In this document: one piece after another, positions 29,967 to 41,833 of the stretch
Position numbering within the stretch: position 1 is the first letter of the stretch
Layout: every line of letters starts with the position of its first letter
DNA from: Klebsormidium nitens
Taxonomy: Eukaryota; Plantae; Klebsormidiophyceae
Assembly: GCA_000708835.1 (NCBI GenBank)
Contig: DF237301.1
Location: forward strand, 1 to 64,000
Length of the DNA stretch: 64,000 nucleotides
Reading direction: 5' to 3'
Notes under the pieces: generated by a model
The model's database searches: none
Seen by the model: only the letters and a program-made list of their open reading frames with translations
Told to the model about the DNA's origin: nothing
Position numbers and translations under genes: made by a program

Positions 29967-32900
29967 TCAACTCGTGGGCAGCTCCCCGCAATCATACAAC
30001 GTGTGGTCCAGCCAATGGTCCGGCTGAAACAAGTACGGCACCACCACGTTGTCCCGGGCAAAAGTGACCGGAGGAAACCCTATTTGGAGGAGCGTGCCAT
30101 ACACCCACGACTGGACGGTCAGCTTGGCCGCCCGGGGTATCCGTTCCCGTTCGTATCTTCGCAAGACATCCTCAACGGCTTGTGGATCTAGGGAAGTTGA
30201 CTTGTCTGCTCGGTGTCCATTCTGTGACGTTTTGGTGTCGTTGGAGACTTTCGCTTTTGCGAGCTCGCGTGCTAGAACGACCGCGTCTTCGAGCGCAGCG
30301 CAGCCCCCCTGGCCGAGGTTGGGGGTCATGGGGTGAGCAGCGTCGCCTGTACGGATGATTAGAAGATTTTGACACCAGCACGAGCCCCGTATTACTTTTC
30401 CTTCGAAGTCACCCCGCAGACTCGTATGAAAGAGTTGCTGCAGTTTCTAACGAACAAGAAACGGGGTTTTGTGACGACAAACCTATTGTTGGTTATCCGA
30501 GCAACTTTGACAAGGACGAAGATGCAGGAGAGGAGAGGCTTCGAGACCAGCTTCTTCGTCCAATTTCCGGCAGACGCCTCAATATGGTAACTCGCCCGTC
30601 AAACCGGCTCTTGAAGACAGCTTCAACTGATTTCGGGCCCAGAAACGAAAGACGCAGCTAGACGTCCAAAAAGTGGGAAAGCAAGTCCTAACAACCAGTG
30701 AAAACATCTGAGGGCAAAGGTCGCGTTTGTTAGCAAGCCACGAGACACAATGTTTAAAGCACAGCAGGCGAGATCTTGCAGGAACATAAAAAGGAGCGCC
30801 GCACCAGCAACCGTTACGCTGCCCCGCCCCCACGTCGACTGGCCCCCGACCGGCTTTGGCAGCGTCCATCTGTCCCTGATGTCAGACCTCGTGGTCGCCT
30901 CTGCCGGGGTCGCTCGAATAATGTTCAGAATGTCGCCCCCCCACCCGCGACCGAGTCCAGCGCCTGCTGCTTCCGTTCCGTGGCGTCCGCAGCTCGGACA
31001 CCTGGCGGATCCCGGCCAGTTCATGGGTTAATATGATTGCTCAGGGAGCAGTGTAACTCTGGCACGTTTCGAAACAATCTTGAGCAGCACTTACGGCTCT
31101 TCTGGGGCGAGGTCCTTGTTTCGCTAATGCTGCTGCTTTGAAGATGGCGTGGAAAACAAGAGTCGAATGGATTTGAGGGTCTTCCGATAGTGTAGGCGTG
31201 CTTGTGTCTGCCACGTCTGAGAACACTGAGGTGTCATTCTTAGGCCATTCTTTTGATATTGAGAAACCAGACCTCTGAAATGTCTCCGCACATCAGTATT
31301 TTCGGTGAATTCGGTTGTCCGAGGGCTCTAAAAGCAGGACCTGCGACCACGACCATCTCACCTTCGGGGCTGTTGAACACGGTGAACCAGTACACGTCCG
31401 TTCGGTTCATGGGGTACGTTCCAGCTCGGACTCCGGCTCCCCAGATCTGCCGCACCGCGCTCTTTTGGTTGTGTCCGTTCGGAAAATTTGCAACACCTCG
31501 GATCGCGGAGTAGCCCGCATAGTTCGGCTGGGGGAGCGCCAAGTGGCGCGCAACGGCGGACTTGGTGCCGTCACAGCCAATGACAACCTGGAGGGATTGT
31601 GGGACGAGGTGAGTGAATTCTGGGGGTATTTTCGTAAGAGGATCTAAAGAAAGGTGTACACTGCAAGGTGGGGTGGAGATGAACGATGGATCCATCAGCT
31701 TTGCAATCAAGCTGAGTTCCTGAGCCGTTATGTCTTGAGGTGAACTGTCGAAATCATCACACATGGTGAGATACAAGATTCTTCAACATGAGGTGCTTGT
31801 GTTGAAACGATCCTCTATGACTATCCTCTGCTTTGATCGAGATTATCCTCGAGGATGCGTTTCTATGGGCATGATTCGCATCGAACTCAAGAAAGATATC
31901 TCTCGGGCCCCTTAAACATGCACCCAAGATGTTTTCTCGACGGATGGTTCGATAATGCCCACAAAGGCCGAGAATCTGATATGTTGTCGTTTTCCGCAAG
32001 TTCCGCACCTGATGTATTGCAGACTACATCTTGGGTGCGAGTTTAAGGTGCCCGAGTGTAGAAGCCGAGATAGTAATGAGGTAGCCTCACTTGGAGGAGT
32101 AAGACGAGTCTGGGGGTTGGGGTGGGTAGGGGTGCGGAGCACGTGTTATGTTTGGGTTGGGTAGAAGCCTCTTGTTATCTTGGCTTGAATTATCACTCGA
32201 GTTCCATATCATTCGCGAACAAATCTCCGCCTCCAGAAGGAGTGCCTCATTCATCACCGATGAAAGAGCTTACCTTTGCAGACAAACGCTCGCCCCCTCC
32301 CAAAATGAGCTCCGTCCCCTGTCCCCCGTCAAGGGGCAGTACCTGCTGGACTGAGGTTCCGTATCTTACGGTCCCCTCTGGCAACTCTGACGCCAAAACC
32401 TTCAGGAGAGCGCTCCTGTGTACGCCCCGGTACTCGTGGGGCCTGAAAATGGGGACACCCTCATTGAATCAGGTCTTGTATACGTTTGACAGAAAAGTTG
32501 AACAAGGAGCCGGCATAACTTACAAAAGATTACCTGGTTGAGAGATTGCAAACCTGTGTCAGACCGAAATCCTCAAACTTGAGAAACCAGAGTCTCAGTG
32601 TACTAGGAGTCGGAGTCTCGCAGCACTTGTCAGACTGCCTCAATGGCCCCTTTCAGAACCTCCTCCTTCGGCTCTTGATGTCGAGTGCTTTCAAAACCAC
32701 ATCACAATCCAAGTTGCTATCCCCAACGGGAAGAACTCTCAGGCTCACCCGCCCTTCACCTCGTCGAGACCAAACTCGCGCACCACCTTGCCCTTTTTGG
32801 TGCACAACTGTACCCTGCAGGGAAGGTGGAGTGAAGTGGATCAAAATTGTGCAGTGAAGTGGATTGAAATTAGTGGATTGAATTCCTCCAAAGACCGAGC

Positions 32901-33805
32901 TTGCTTCGTGGGGGGATGATGCGCTGAGAGTACTCTACTTCAGCCTTTAGGTGCTGCCTACTGGCCTGACTTGCCCTTCTTTTCAAGGCATTTTTCAACG
33001 TACTTTCAGTGTATTGCCTTTGCCAGAAGCTGTTGGAACAGTTGTCAATCATTGACTGCTGACAACGGAGAGGATTTCCTTGCTAACAATCAAGATCATG
33101 AACATTTCCCTGAGGAAAGGCTTCAGTGATGCTTCTTTTGAGTGACTACCACCGCTTGACGTTCCTCGTCCTGGGGACTTACCTGTCCAGTAGAATGTAG
33201 TCATGCCGCAGCTTCTCCCCCACCCCCAGCACATCAAGCGCCCGCCACGCATTCCTCCAGAGGGCAATCGCTGCCCCGCTGTCTCTGGGACCCGGGGCGC
33301 TTTCCAAGACCAACGACTTTATCCCCATCCGATGGAGAGCCAGCGCCGTTGAAAGCCCTGCTATGCCCCCTCCGACTACGACAACCTCCTCTTCAACGCT
33401 GGGGTCAGCTCTAGATTGGGGCTTGCTTTCAGTCTGCAACTCAGCATTGACTGCTCTTGTGCAGGTTGACCTGTTTACTTGACTGCTTGCTCTTCTGCCC
33501 ATCAGCGGTGCCGCATTGAACACGTCTTGAAGACCACCCGAGTAAAAGCCACCCGATCGTAAGGTCGGTGCTGTAGAGCAGCCGGAATTTGCGGTGCACG
33601 AAGCAAAGGCAAGGTTTCTCTTGCAACATTGCGTATATAGATTCCGCTTTCCGCTCCTGGTAGGAAGCGTCGTGGTGAGCCGCCCAATCACCGATGAACT
33701 GAGCGGCCCCTGTAATCTTTCTGCTATTGCGACTCCTTTGCATGCATTCTCGCTGCCACAAGCCCAGGACGCTTCCAAAATGCAGCTCTGAGCAGCCATG
33801 ACCAT
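29967..33805 (-). CDS. FAD-dependent monooxygenase (plant MO1/MO2 / zeaxanthin-epoxidase-like fold) with probable plastid transit peptide; 1-nt frameshift in exon 5 as assembled
   Basis: Exons 33805-33183, 32814-32749, 32442-32274, 31587-31362, 31001-30805 and 30346-29967. Motifs: VVVVGGGIAG, VIGCDG and GDAAHPMTPNLGQGGCAALED. The N-terminal ~130 aa is Ser/Ala/Arg-rich. Exon 5 is 197 nt, but its flanking phases require a multiple of 3. Confidence 0.9.
32053..32199. mobile_element. Short fold-back element C (intron of the monooxygenase gene)
   Basis: Imperfect arms CGAGTG..AAGCCGAGATA / TATCTTGGCTT..CACTCG flank a loop. Its reverse complement AACCCAAACATAACACGTGCTCCGCACCCCTACCCACCC matches the loop of element A. 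Confidence 0.45.
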
Positions 33806-34405
33806 CCTGGGGCAAGCCCTTCAACAAATCACTTCAAATGTCTTGGCCCCGCCAAATGCAGCATGCCGCCCATGCAAATCCGTGCAACTTGAACTTGAAG
33901 TTGAACTTGAACTTGAAGTTGTGAGGACTCTTCGAGACAGGGAAATCTTTGAACCCAAAACCCTAATTCCCCTTCTTTCTTCTCTCTCCCAGTTCTCCTC
34001 CAATTAAGCCTTTTTCAGAGTTTCTCATTTCCGGGGTGGCGCATTGGAGTGACGGGTTTGGGTTGCTCGATGAGTCTGCAAGCCAGCACATCTCCAAGCG
34101 CATCGCAAGCTACCCGGCATTCGTGCAAGGCGTTGACTAAACCCTCACAAGCGCCTCTGAGTACATTGATCAAAGCAGGCGTCGTGGTCACTCACACACG
34201 CAAGGATCTGCGGAGGTGGGGGCGCTCTGCTCCCAGGGGTTTCAAGGAATGCACGCATTTCCAGCGGCGCTGTTCGTTTCCGAGCCTTGATGATCTGAGC
34301 TGCCAGAGGGGCATATACAATTTGACAGGTTATCTGGACAGATATATACAACGTCACGCAACGTTACACAAGATCAGCCACTTCAGGCGCCAGCCTAACA
34401 GAAAG

Positions 34406-36135
34406 ATGGTGGTCAAAGCTGCAGAAAGCGCACCCCATGAGCAGCTTCAGCAAGGAAGCCCCTCCCTTCTGCACAGTGTGGATGCGTTTGATAAGTCCTT
34501 CTCGGCCTGGCTGTACGCCGATGGGCGGTCCCACTTGCGGGGCTTTCTGAAGTTTCTGGAAATGTCAGGTAAGAATCTAATTTAGCAATCGTGGCTCTTG
34601 AAGTTTCCGCTAATACCACCATTTAAGAAGCCAGTGGTATGCCCCTGGCTGGCGCTCAACAGAAACTTGAGGTTCGCCTGAGTTTCTGCATTGGAAATGT
34701 CAACCACTTGTTGATTGGCCATTTGATGCTTAGGCATCTTTTCTTCTGCAGAAAAGACCGCCAGCACGCTGATTGTATGTTCCCGCACAACCACGGGCTA
34801 GTCAGCAGAGTAGCCCTTCTGCCTTAACCACTGCTTACTACTCATGACCACCCCCACATAGAAAGTCTCACTCTCACCCATACTTGAAACTATCGCCTTC
34901 CACTGTGAATTGGAGTTCCAGAAAACCAGCTAGAGTGTTTCAACCAACTATCTTTGCGTGAGGATCTGTGGATCTGGCTCTGAACGAATGGATTGTCAAT
35001 TCACGCTTTTAACCCCAGTCCTTTTTCAAGCAGGAACTGGTTCCATCTGGATCCCCGCCATCATCGCCCTCTGGCTGGCTCCCTTCGACTACCCCTCCGC
35101 TCTTCGTGCCCTGGCCTTCAACCTTCTGGTTGGTTTCCTGTTAGACCTCGCCCTCATTGGGTCCATTAAAGGCCTGGCCAGGCGCACCCGGCCCAAGTAC
35201 AACCGCGAGTTTTCAGTTCTTGTACCAGTGGATGTGTACTCGTTTCCCAGCGGCCATGCTTCCAGGTAAGCATCCGTCAAATTTGCGAAGGTCAGCCTGT
35301 GCATGGTGTCGCCTTTCGTGGTCGCTGATTGAGCAACAGGAGATCTACTTGCGCAAATGGAAAGTCAAGATGAGGTCGAGTCAGTCTGGCACTCCACACC
35401 TGTTTGGGGACCATTGGTTTAGAAACCTTGACAACAGAAATTTGTATGAATGGACTTGACTTCGAAGTTTCTCTTCTGCGTCATGCAAGGATACTGTCTA
35501 TAATTCCATACTGGGGGCGATCTTAGATGCACCTTCAGATCTAGGAGTCCAGAAGTGCGTCTTGTTAAAGGTGGTCACGAAAAGTGTGCCCTGACACGGG
35601 TTCGTCCTCGCCAACTTGATGCTTTCCCACTTGCATATAGTCTCAGCTGTTCCTATCGGGCAAAGTCAGACGAAACAAGGGATTCATCTCACTATGCTTC
35701 TCGATTCCCCTTACAAATAGTCTCCTCTGCCTTGATTCGTTAGCAAACTTTGAATAGATGCAAGTTTAGCCAAGTCTTCAGTTCGAGCTCAGAAGGGTCT
35801 TCCAATTCCCTCGTACGTTCGCCTAATTTATTCTCCTCGGTTCTTGCAGAGCCATTTTTATCGCCTCCTTCCTGTGCTTCTGCATCTACGCCAACAAAGG
35901 CTCGTTTCTTACCGGTACATCAGCTGCTAGCGCGTGCTCACTCGTAGCTTTTTGGGCCGCATGCACCGCAAGCTCTCGCGTGTTCCTTGGCAGGCACTAC
36001 TTTCTAGACGTCGTTGCGGGCTGCTTACTTGGCATCCTGGAGCTGGTCATCATGACCACCTTTTTGTGGGTGTCCGAAACGACCTCCACTAAGTACCACA
36101 GCTTGCTGTGGCAAAGACTAAAACTCTTAAACTGA
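34406..36135 (+). CDS. PAP2-family lipid phosphate phosphatase (LPP-beta / PLPP6-like), 3 exons
   Basis: Exons 34406-34568, 35034-35265 and 35850-36135. The three catalytic motifs are KGLARRTRP, SFPSGH and SRVFLGRHYFLDV. Confidence 0.92.
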
Positions 36136-36193
36136 AATTGCACACAATTTAGTTTCATCTTAGGCGGAGGGGGCTTCTGTCAATGTTATGTCA

Positions 36194-36537
36194 GGCCCGC
36201 GGAGGGGGCTCTCAGTCTGTGAATGATCCGACCGTCCTGCATATCCTTCACGTATACCGCTCAGTCAGCCGGCCTGATTATGTAAAGGGGAGGCTTTCTT
36301 CTGGCCGGCCAATGAATGATCCGACACAATCCTTAATGGTCCGACACTGGTTGGCCATGTTGGTCTCGACTCGATCACGCATGGAGCCCATCATTCTTTT
36401 GCGTGCCCGTGATCAGGGCCGTCCAGATCACCAGCAGTGTACATTGAACATCGTATATTGACAATATAGTTATCATGCTTGACATCCGACCGTCCTGGCT
36501 CGCACCTGCTGCAGCCGCGCGGCATAGCCCGCGGGCC
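36194..36537. repeat. Possible MITE-like element with 9-bp terminal inverted repeat and internal direct repeats
   Basis: GGCCCGCGG at 36194-36202 pairs with CCGCGGGCC at 36529-36537. ATCCGACCGTCCTG occurs near both ends and GAATGATCCGAC occurs twice. No TSD found. Confidence 0.3.
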
Positions 36538-36948
36538 ATGCCGGCCAGCAGGCGATCGAGCCAGCTAGCACTATGGCCATGCCAGATGCAATCGACTCTT
36601 GAGTTCCTCGATTACCGTAATCAATGATGCAGGCTTGCAACGACGTATGGCTCGCACGTGACTATGTTTGCGAACCCGAGCCGGGAATGTGCTAGTCTTG
36701 ACAACGTCTGCATTTATATTGTATTCACAAATGATGCAGTTTAGTATCATGGTTTGCCAGCTCGCGATCTTGCGACGCTTCGAGTTCAGTAGCCTAGGAA
36801 GCGCATGCCTAGCTGCCAGTGTAATCATTTTGGAGCTCGAGACTGACTACATATCTCGGCACGAGAATCGACGCGGGCCCGGATGCGATCCTCCATGCAT
36901 AACATTTCCGCCTCGCTATATACATGTGAGCAAAATGAAAACGGGCCT

Positions 36949-39900
36949 TCACGTCCTTTGACCAGCTTTTTCTAACCTGCTCCCCATCAACTTGCCCATC
37001 TCCGAGTAAAACGCTACAATCTTTCTGTTGTGGGCGTACTTTTTGATCGCTGACGGGTCCTTCGCAATCTCCGCAACCGCGGCCATGATTTCTGGATCGT
37101 CGAGCCCGGTCGCCACTTCTTTGTTCGCGACCACGTCTTTCAGCAGATCCGGCGTGGGTTGCAAAACGTCTGCGGAGGCAGAGAGTCAATCTGCTTCGTG
37201 AAAGTGCGCCGCAGCATACGGCACCAAAACGAGTTACTCAACGTAGAGAGTAAGTACGAGTAAGAGCAATCACTCGTAGAGAGGTACTAGATACTGGCAA
37301 CTCCCTTGCCTCCTAAGGGGCTTGTCTCCTAAGATTCAAAGGCCCCAGGCAGATGAATGAAAACCCTAACCCAAAAATCACGCGCTCTGCACCCCTACCA
37401 CCCTAACCACCAAACCAACCCTACCCGTCTCCCGGGCTGTGAACCCTAGGAGACAACGGAGTTGCCACAATAGATACTAGAGCATACGCGATGTCAGGAT
37501 CAGAAGACGAGATGAAGCTCAGGTCCCACCGAGAAGGTCAAACGACGAAGTTGTTTCAGGGCAACAGAAAGAAAAATCGCCACTCACCGATCATCTTCTT
37601 TTTCATGTCGTCCAGCTTGGTGGGCTCCTGCTTCACTCGCAGGAAGTCTGCACAGAAGACCTTTCCTTTAGAAACGGCTGGACTTGACCAATCAAGGGTT
37701 CGTAGTGTCAACCAGCTTTTCGTGGAAAGGAAAAGCTATCCAGTCCTGATGGTGAACGCGTTCCTCGCCTTGTTTGGAAATACCCATTTCCTAAGCAGTC
37801 TTTTAAAAACGGTTCGCTGCTGCCAGCTGCTTTTGACTATCACCATGGGCGGCTGACACACCGACTTAGCTCAGCTTGGAAAGTCGCATCGCCCCATAGT
37901 ATTCCATGGGTTTGAGAGAGAGGCGCTAATCTGTGAACGTCTTCGAGCGCAGCGACGAGCTCGGAAACGTGCACACAGGCCGAAAAATGGAAAAGCAGAA
38001 TCATAGCTCAGCTTGGAAAGTCGCATCGCCCCGTAGTATTCCATGGTTTTGAGAGAGGATGAGAGGAGCTAATTTTGAACATTTTCGACCAGAACGACGA
38101 GCTCAAATCGTGCACAGAGTCCAGAGATTAAGAACAATCCTTCTTGAACTGGCTTTGAGCACAACAACGTCCTTAAGAAACGTGTACACACACAGCCTCC
38201 TCGAGGTAAGCACGCTGTGCACGATGAAAACCTTCGGCCCGTCAGTAAGATCGGTGTTCGAATCTGTAGGCGCCAGCGGACACCCACGAAGGCATGTTCT
38301 ATAGGGTCACCGGATTGACAACGGATTTCATGCATGCCCATCTATGAGTTCTTTGGAGGCCTTTTTATCTTTTGATGGGGGTGGACGACAGACCCGCAGG
38401 CACTTTCACTTTCCGACAGTAGTTTCAAGCTCTTTCTCTTCGAGGCCAACTCTTCGACCCAGACTCAACGCCTACATCAAAGTACAACTCCACCATGAAC
38501 CAGAATCAGCGGAGGGTGACCATTCAAGCGCGACGCAAGCTAATCGCTTCACTTATGGGTGGATTTGGACACTCAGATCAAAACCCGCCCACGTATGAGA
38601 ACTGGAAGGATCCAACGCACGTTGAACAGCAACCGGCTCACCGGCTGCTGAGTCTTTTGGGTTTCCAAAAGTTTCTTACATTAGATTTGAAATCTTTTTC
38701 TTTTTGTAAGAGAGCTTACCAGGTATGCGCTTCCCATCCTGAGCGTTCGGTGGCTTCGCTTTCAGAACCGGCATCTTCGCTTCTCTTGCCGGTCCCTTCT
38801 TGGCAGGGGGCGCATCAAAGAAACCCCGTTTCAGCGGTTTTGCGGCTGGCGCACTTTCCGGTGCAGCTGGTTCATTGCCAGGCGGTTTGCCAAGGGCGGC
38901 GGCGGCTGCCTCGAGCCGACGATTGGCGTTTTCGGGTTTGATCAGGTCGTCAAGATTCAGGCGACCGGTCCCCTTCTTGGCTTCTGATATGAGAGGGTAA
39001 AAGTGAAGAGTTGATTTGTTGCGTCCTATGGTTCAACTGTACAATGATTAAGCCGGTGGGGAAGCGGAAGCAGGTTTGTAAGTGATTTTGAAGAGGGATT
39101 GAATTCTTATGGAAGCAGATCTGGGGGTACGTCAGTGAGGCGTAATTTCGAAGTGTTTGGAGAACTGAATCTCGTCCTGGGAAGGAAGGGCCGGGATGAG
39201 ATTGATTCACATATGGTACTGCAGGAAAGGAACAGCCCACGGCGGAGCCTCAAGCTAATCTCTTATCTGGCCAGAGGACTATGGGCAACTTCCTTGAGAA
39301 ATTGTGGTCAATATTGACCCAATTAGGACCTTGCAAGAGGCTTTCTCAAACTTGCACTTCAATGGAAAGGGCTCTTGTTCTGCACTGGGCCACTAGCTGC
39401 AGCTCCATCAACTGGGGACAGGGGACTCTTTTCTCATGTTCTAAGTTAGCTGCATAACTAGCGTTCTGCCAAAGCAACCTAGTTGGTCCTAGTAGGAGTC
39501 TGCCCACGGTGTATCCTCAACTGCAAACCTCACCTTCTTGCCGTTTCTTGAACCGCAAAGCCGCCAGCTTTTCAGACATGTCCTCCAATGGCGGGGGGCC
39601 ATCTGCGACAACCAGTGTCAGTAAGACTTTGATAAAGCAGCGTCTGATTCTGCACTAAAGAAGACCTGCTAATCTGCTGTTAAGAAGTATGGGGTCCCCA
39701 TTGAGCTAGGAAAACAGGAAGCCAGCTCGAATGAATGGTTTGTGCAACAAAAAATCCTGAGCCTGTCGGTACAAGTACAGGAAGTTCTTCTGAGTCCTCA
39801 GGTGAGTCGTCTTTGATGAACCTCTGGTGAAACATAAGGTCACAGTGGGCTTGAAGCATGTTCTTTGGATGCAAACCCCATCAGCTGACCCCCATCAGCA

Positions 39901-39997
39901 AACCCCACTCAATTGTCACATTGGGTTTGTCACCTTAGAAATCGTTTGATGGAAACTCAGAGTGCACCTCACCATCATACTTTTGGGCCTCGGTCAT
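36949..39997 (-). CDS. STI1/HOP-DP domain-containing protein, ~212 aa, 5 exons (5' end tentative)
   Basis: Exons 39997-39973, 39602-39534, 38983-38720, 37647-37588 and 37169-36949 are phase-consistent. The protein reads MTEAQKYDDGPPPLEDMS..LKRGFF..LDDPEIMAAVAEIAKDPSAIKKYAHN (DP repeat). A possible acceptor near 40019 means an upstream exon cannot be excluded. Confidence 0.75.
37296..37466. mobile_element. Short fold-back element B (last intron of the STI1 gene)
   Basis: Arms GGCAACTCC(C)TTGCCTCCTAAGG / CCTAGGAGACAACGGAGTTGCC. The 8-bp direct repeat TAGATACT sits at 37288-37295 and 37471-37478. The loop CTCTGCACCCCTACCACCC..AACCCTACCCGTCTCCCGGG matches element A. Confidence 0.55.
37867..38104. 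repeat. Intronic tandem duplication, ~137-bp offset
   Basis: TAGCTCAGCTTGGAAAGTCGCATCGCCCC(A/G)TAGTATTCCATGG(G/T)TTTGAGAGAG..GACGAGCTC occurs at 37867 and 38004. Confidence 0.85.
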
Positions 39998-41833
39998 CGC
40001 GTGCTGGTTTCCAAGGCCCTGCAGTTGCACGTAGAGCTGCAGCGGAGTGCTTTTCAACCTTCTCCGCGGTGGGTATCTCCAGTTGTGAACAAGGATTACA
40101 AAAGTCTCTTGCACGAGGTGTGGATAACGGTATTGGAGCAAATTGCGAGAGAGAAACAGAGCTCGATGGAAGAATGTTGAGCGTACATTGTCATAGGTCT
40201 GGGATTTGCAAAGACAGGAGCTCGAGCTGGCTGGCTGCGAAGCTAGCCAGGCTTGTGAGAAGCAAACCCTAATTTCAGTTCGCTCTAAATTTTACAGCCG
40301 TACAATTTACAAAGTGGTTGATGTAACCCTGATCACGTCAACCCCGATCACGTTACATAAAACCCAATTTGACTATACTTACTGTGGTGGGTACAGGTGG
40401 GTACACTCTGCCTATGCAAGCAAGCCGCAGATTTGACAACGTACGGTCGAGGCCAATCGCAAGGTACCCAGCAGATTGGGGCCAGCGTGGGCCCCGGTTC
40501 AGTTAAATTCAGTTGACCGGTAAACTGCTCTTGTGCTAGTTCTAACCAGCCTCCTAACCTTTCGGAACCTGCCCAGCTGGGTTCGCGACCGTTCCTCTCG
40601 ATCGAGCGATCCCTGCTTCAGCCTTCAGAATCGGGAACAGGATCAGCAAGAAGGGCGCTTTGAAAGTGCATGCATTAGGCCAGGGATGGGAGAGGAAGCA
40701 GCAGGCAGCATCGTTGTGAGCTCGATGAAGGTCCGCGTCAGCAGCATTTCTATGTGGAACATTCTTCTGTTTGAGAGCTGCTCATAAACGAGGGTCGGTG
40801 TGCCGGCCAACATTTTTTAATAGAGGGATCACCCAAGGGGCTTTGGAGCCGCTGTGGCCCAATTCTTGGTATTGAAGGTGAGCGGCTCATGGGTTTAGAA
40901 TTGGGCTCGAGCTTTTTGCAGAGACCTTGGTTTGCATTGTCTTGGACTTGTGTCCTGTCCTATGCCTTAGGTTCTTCTGCTGACTTCCTTCAGCTGGGCG
41001 TCTGCACTCTGCCTTGCAATTCCGCTCTGCCAATAGCGTTTTTCTTTTGTCCCGATCGCCCAACATTCGGTCTCCTTTGAAGATGCAGGTTGCACATTGG
41101 CCCTTCATCTTGCTTTTCAGTCTTTTTCTGCCGGTTACAGCTTTGGTGGTGATGTCAACATCTTCTGCCCTCTTCTAGTCTCTTGTGCCCTGGTTTGTGT
41201 CCTGATTGAGTGCGATTGATTGAGATTGATTTCGATTGATTGAGTCGATCAATTTTACAACAATGCTCTGGCCCTGGTTTCCCACGGGTGGCACTAGTCT
41301 GCTGCTAGAAAGTAGTATTGGCAGATTAAATAGAATTCTCTTAGCCACTAGTGGGTCCTGCGCTCCAATGGAAATGCAAATCACAACCCTGATAATGGCA
41401 GTCTTGCTGGACATGGAAAAATGCAAGTGCTATCACAAGTAGCTGCCCTGCCGTTGAAAAGTGAGTCTGATTGATCAATTGTATGAGTGTAAATGTTGGG
41501 GCAGCAGGTCTGTGCTTTGAATTGTCCCCACCACTTGTTTCTCTTAGCAGATCTCGTGAAAAGTCGACAGAGCGGTGGACCACTTTCAAACCAGATGGAC
41601 GCTTCAGACCCTTTAACCTGAAGGAAGGGTGGTGTCAAAAATGATCAGAATCTTAGTATCCAAAGGGCTGAATGCTAAAGGAATGGTCGGATATTCACAT
41701 TTTCTTTTGCTCCTGCAGGCTGACCTCACCAAGCTCTAATTCTTCCGTTACGAAAGCTGGTCGCTCGTCGCTTCTTTTTCAACCTGGGGTCCTGCTCCAT
41801 GTTTGTCAACCCCCTTGCATCCCCCCCCAAAAG

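Noticed and set aside
33886-33920. GAA(C/G)TT hexamer repeat upstream of the monooxygenase ATG
   Set aside because: Ordinary short microsatellite with no evidence of function.
41200-41255. GATTGATT-rich tract
   Set aside because: Short degenerate microsatellite with no associated element boundaries.
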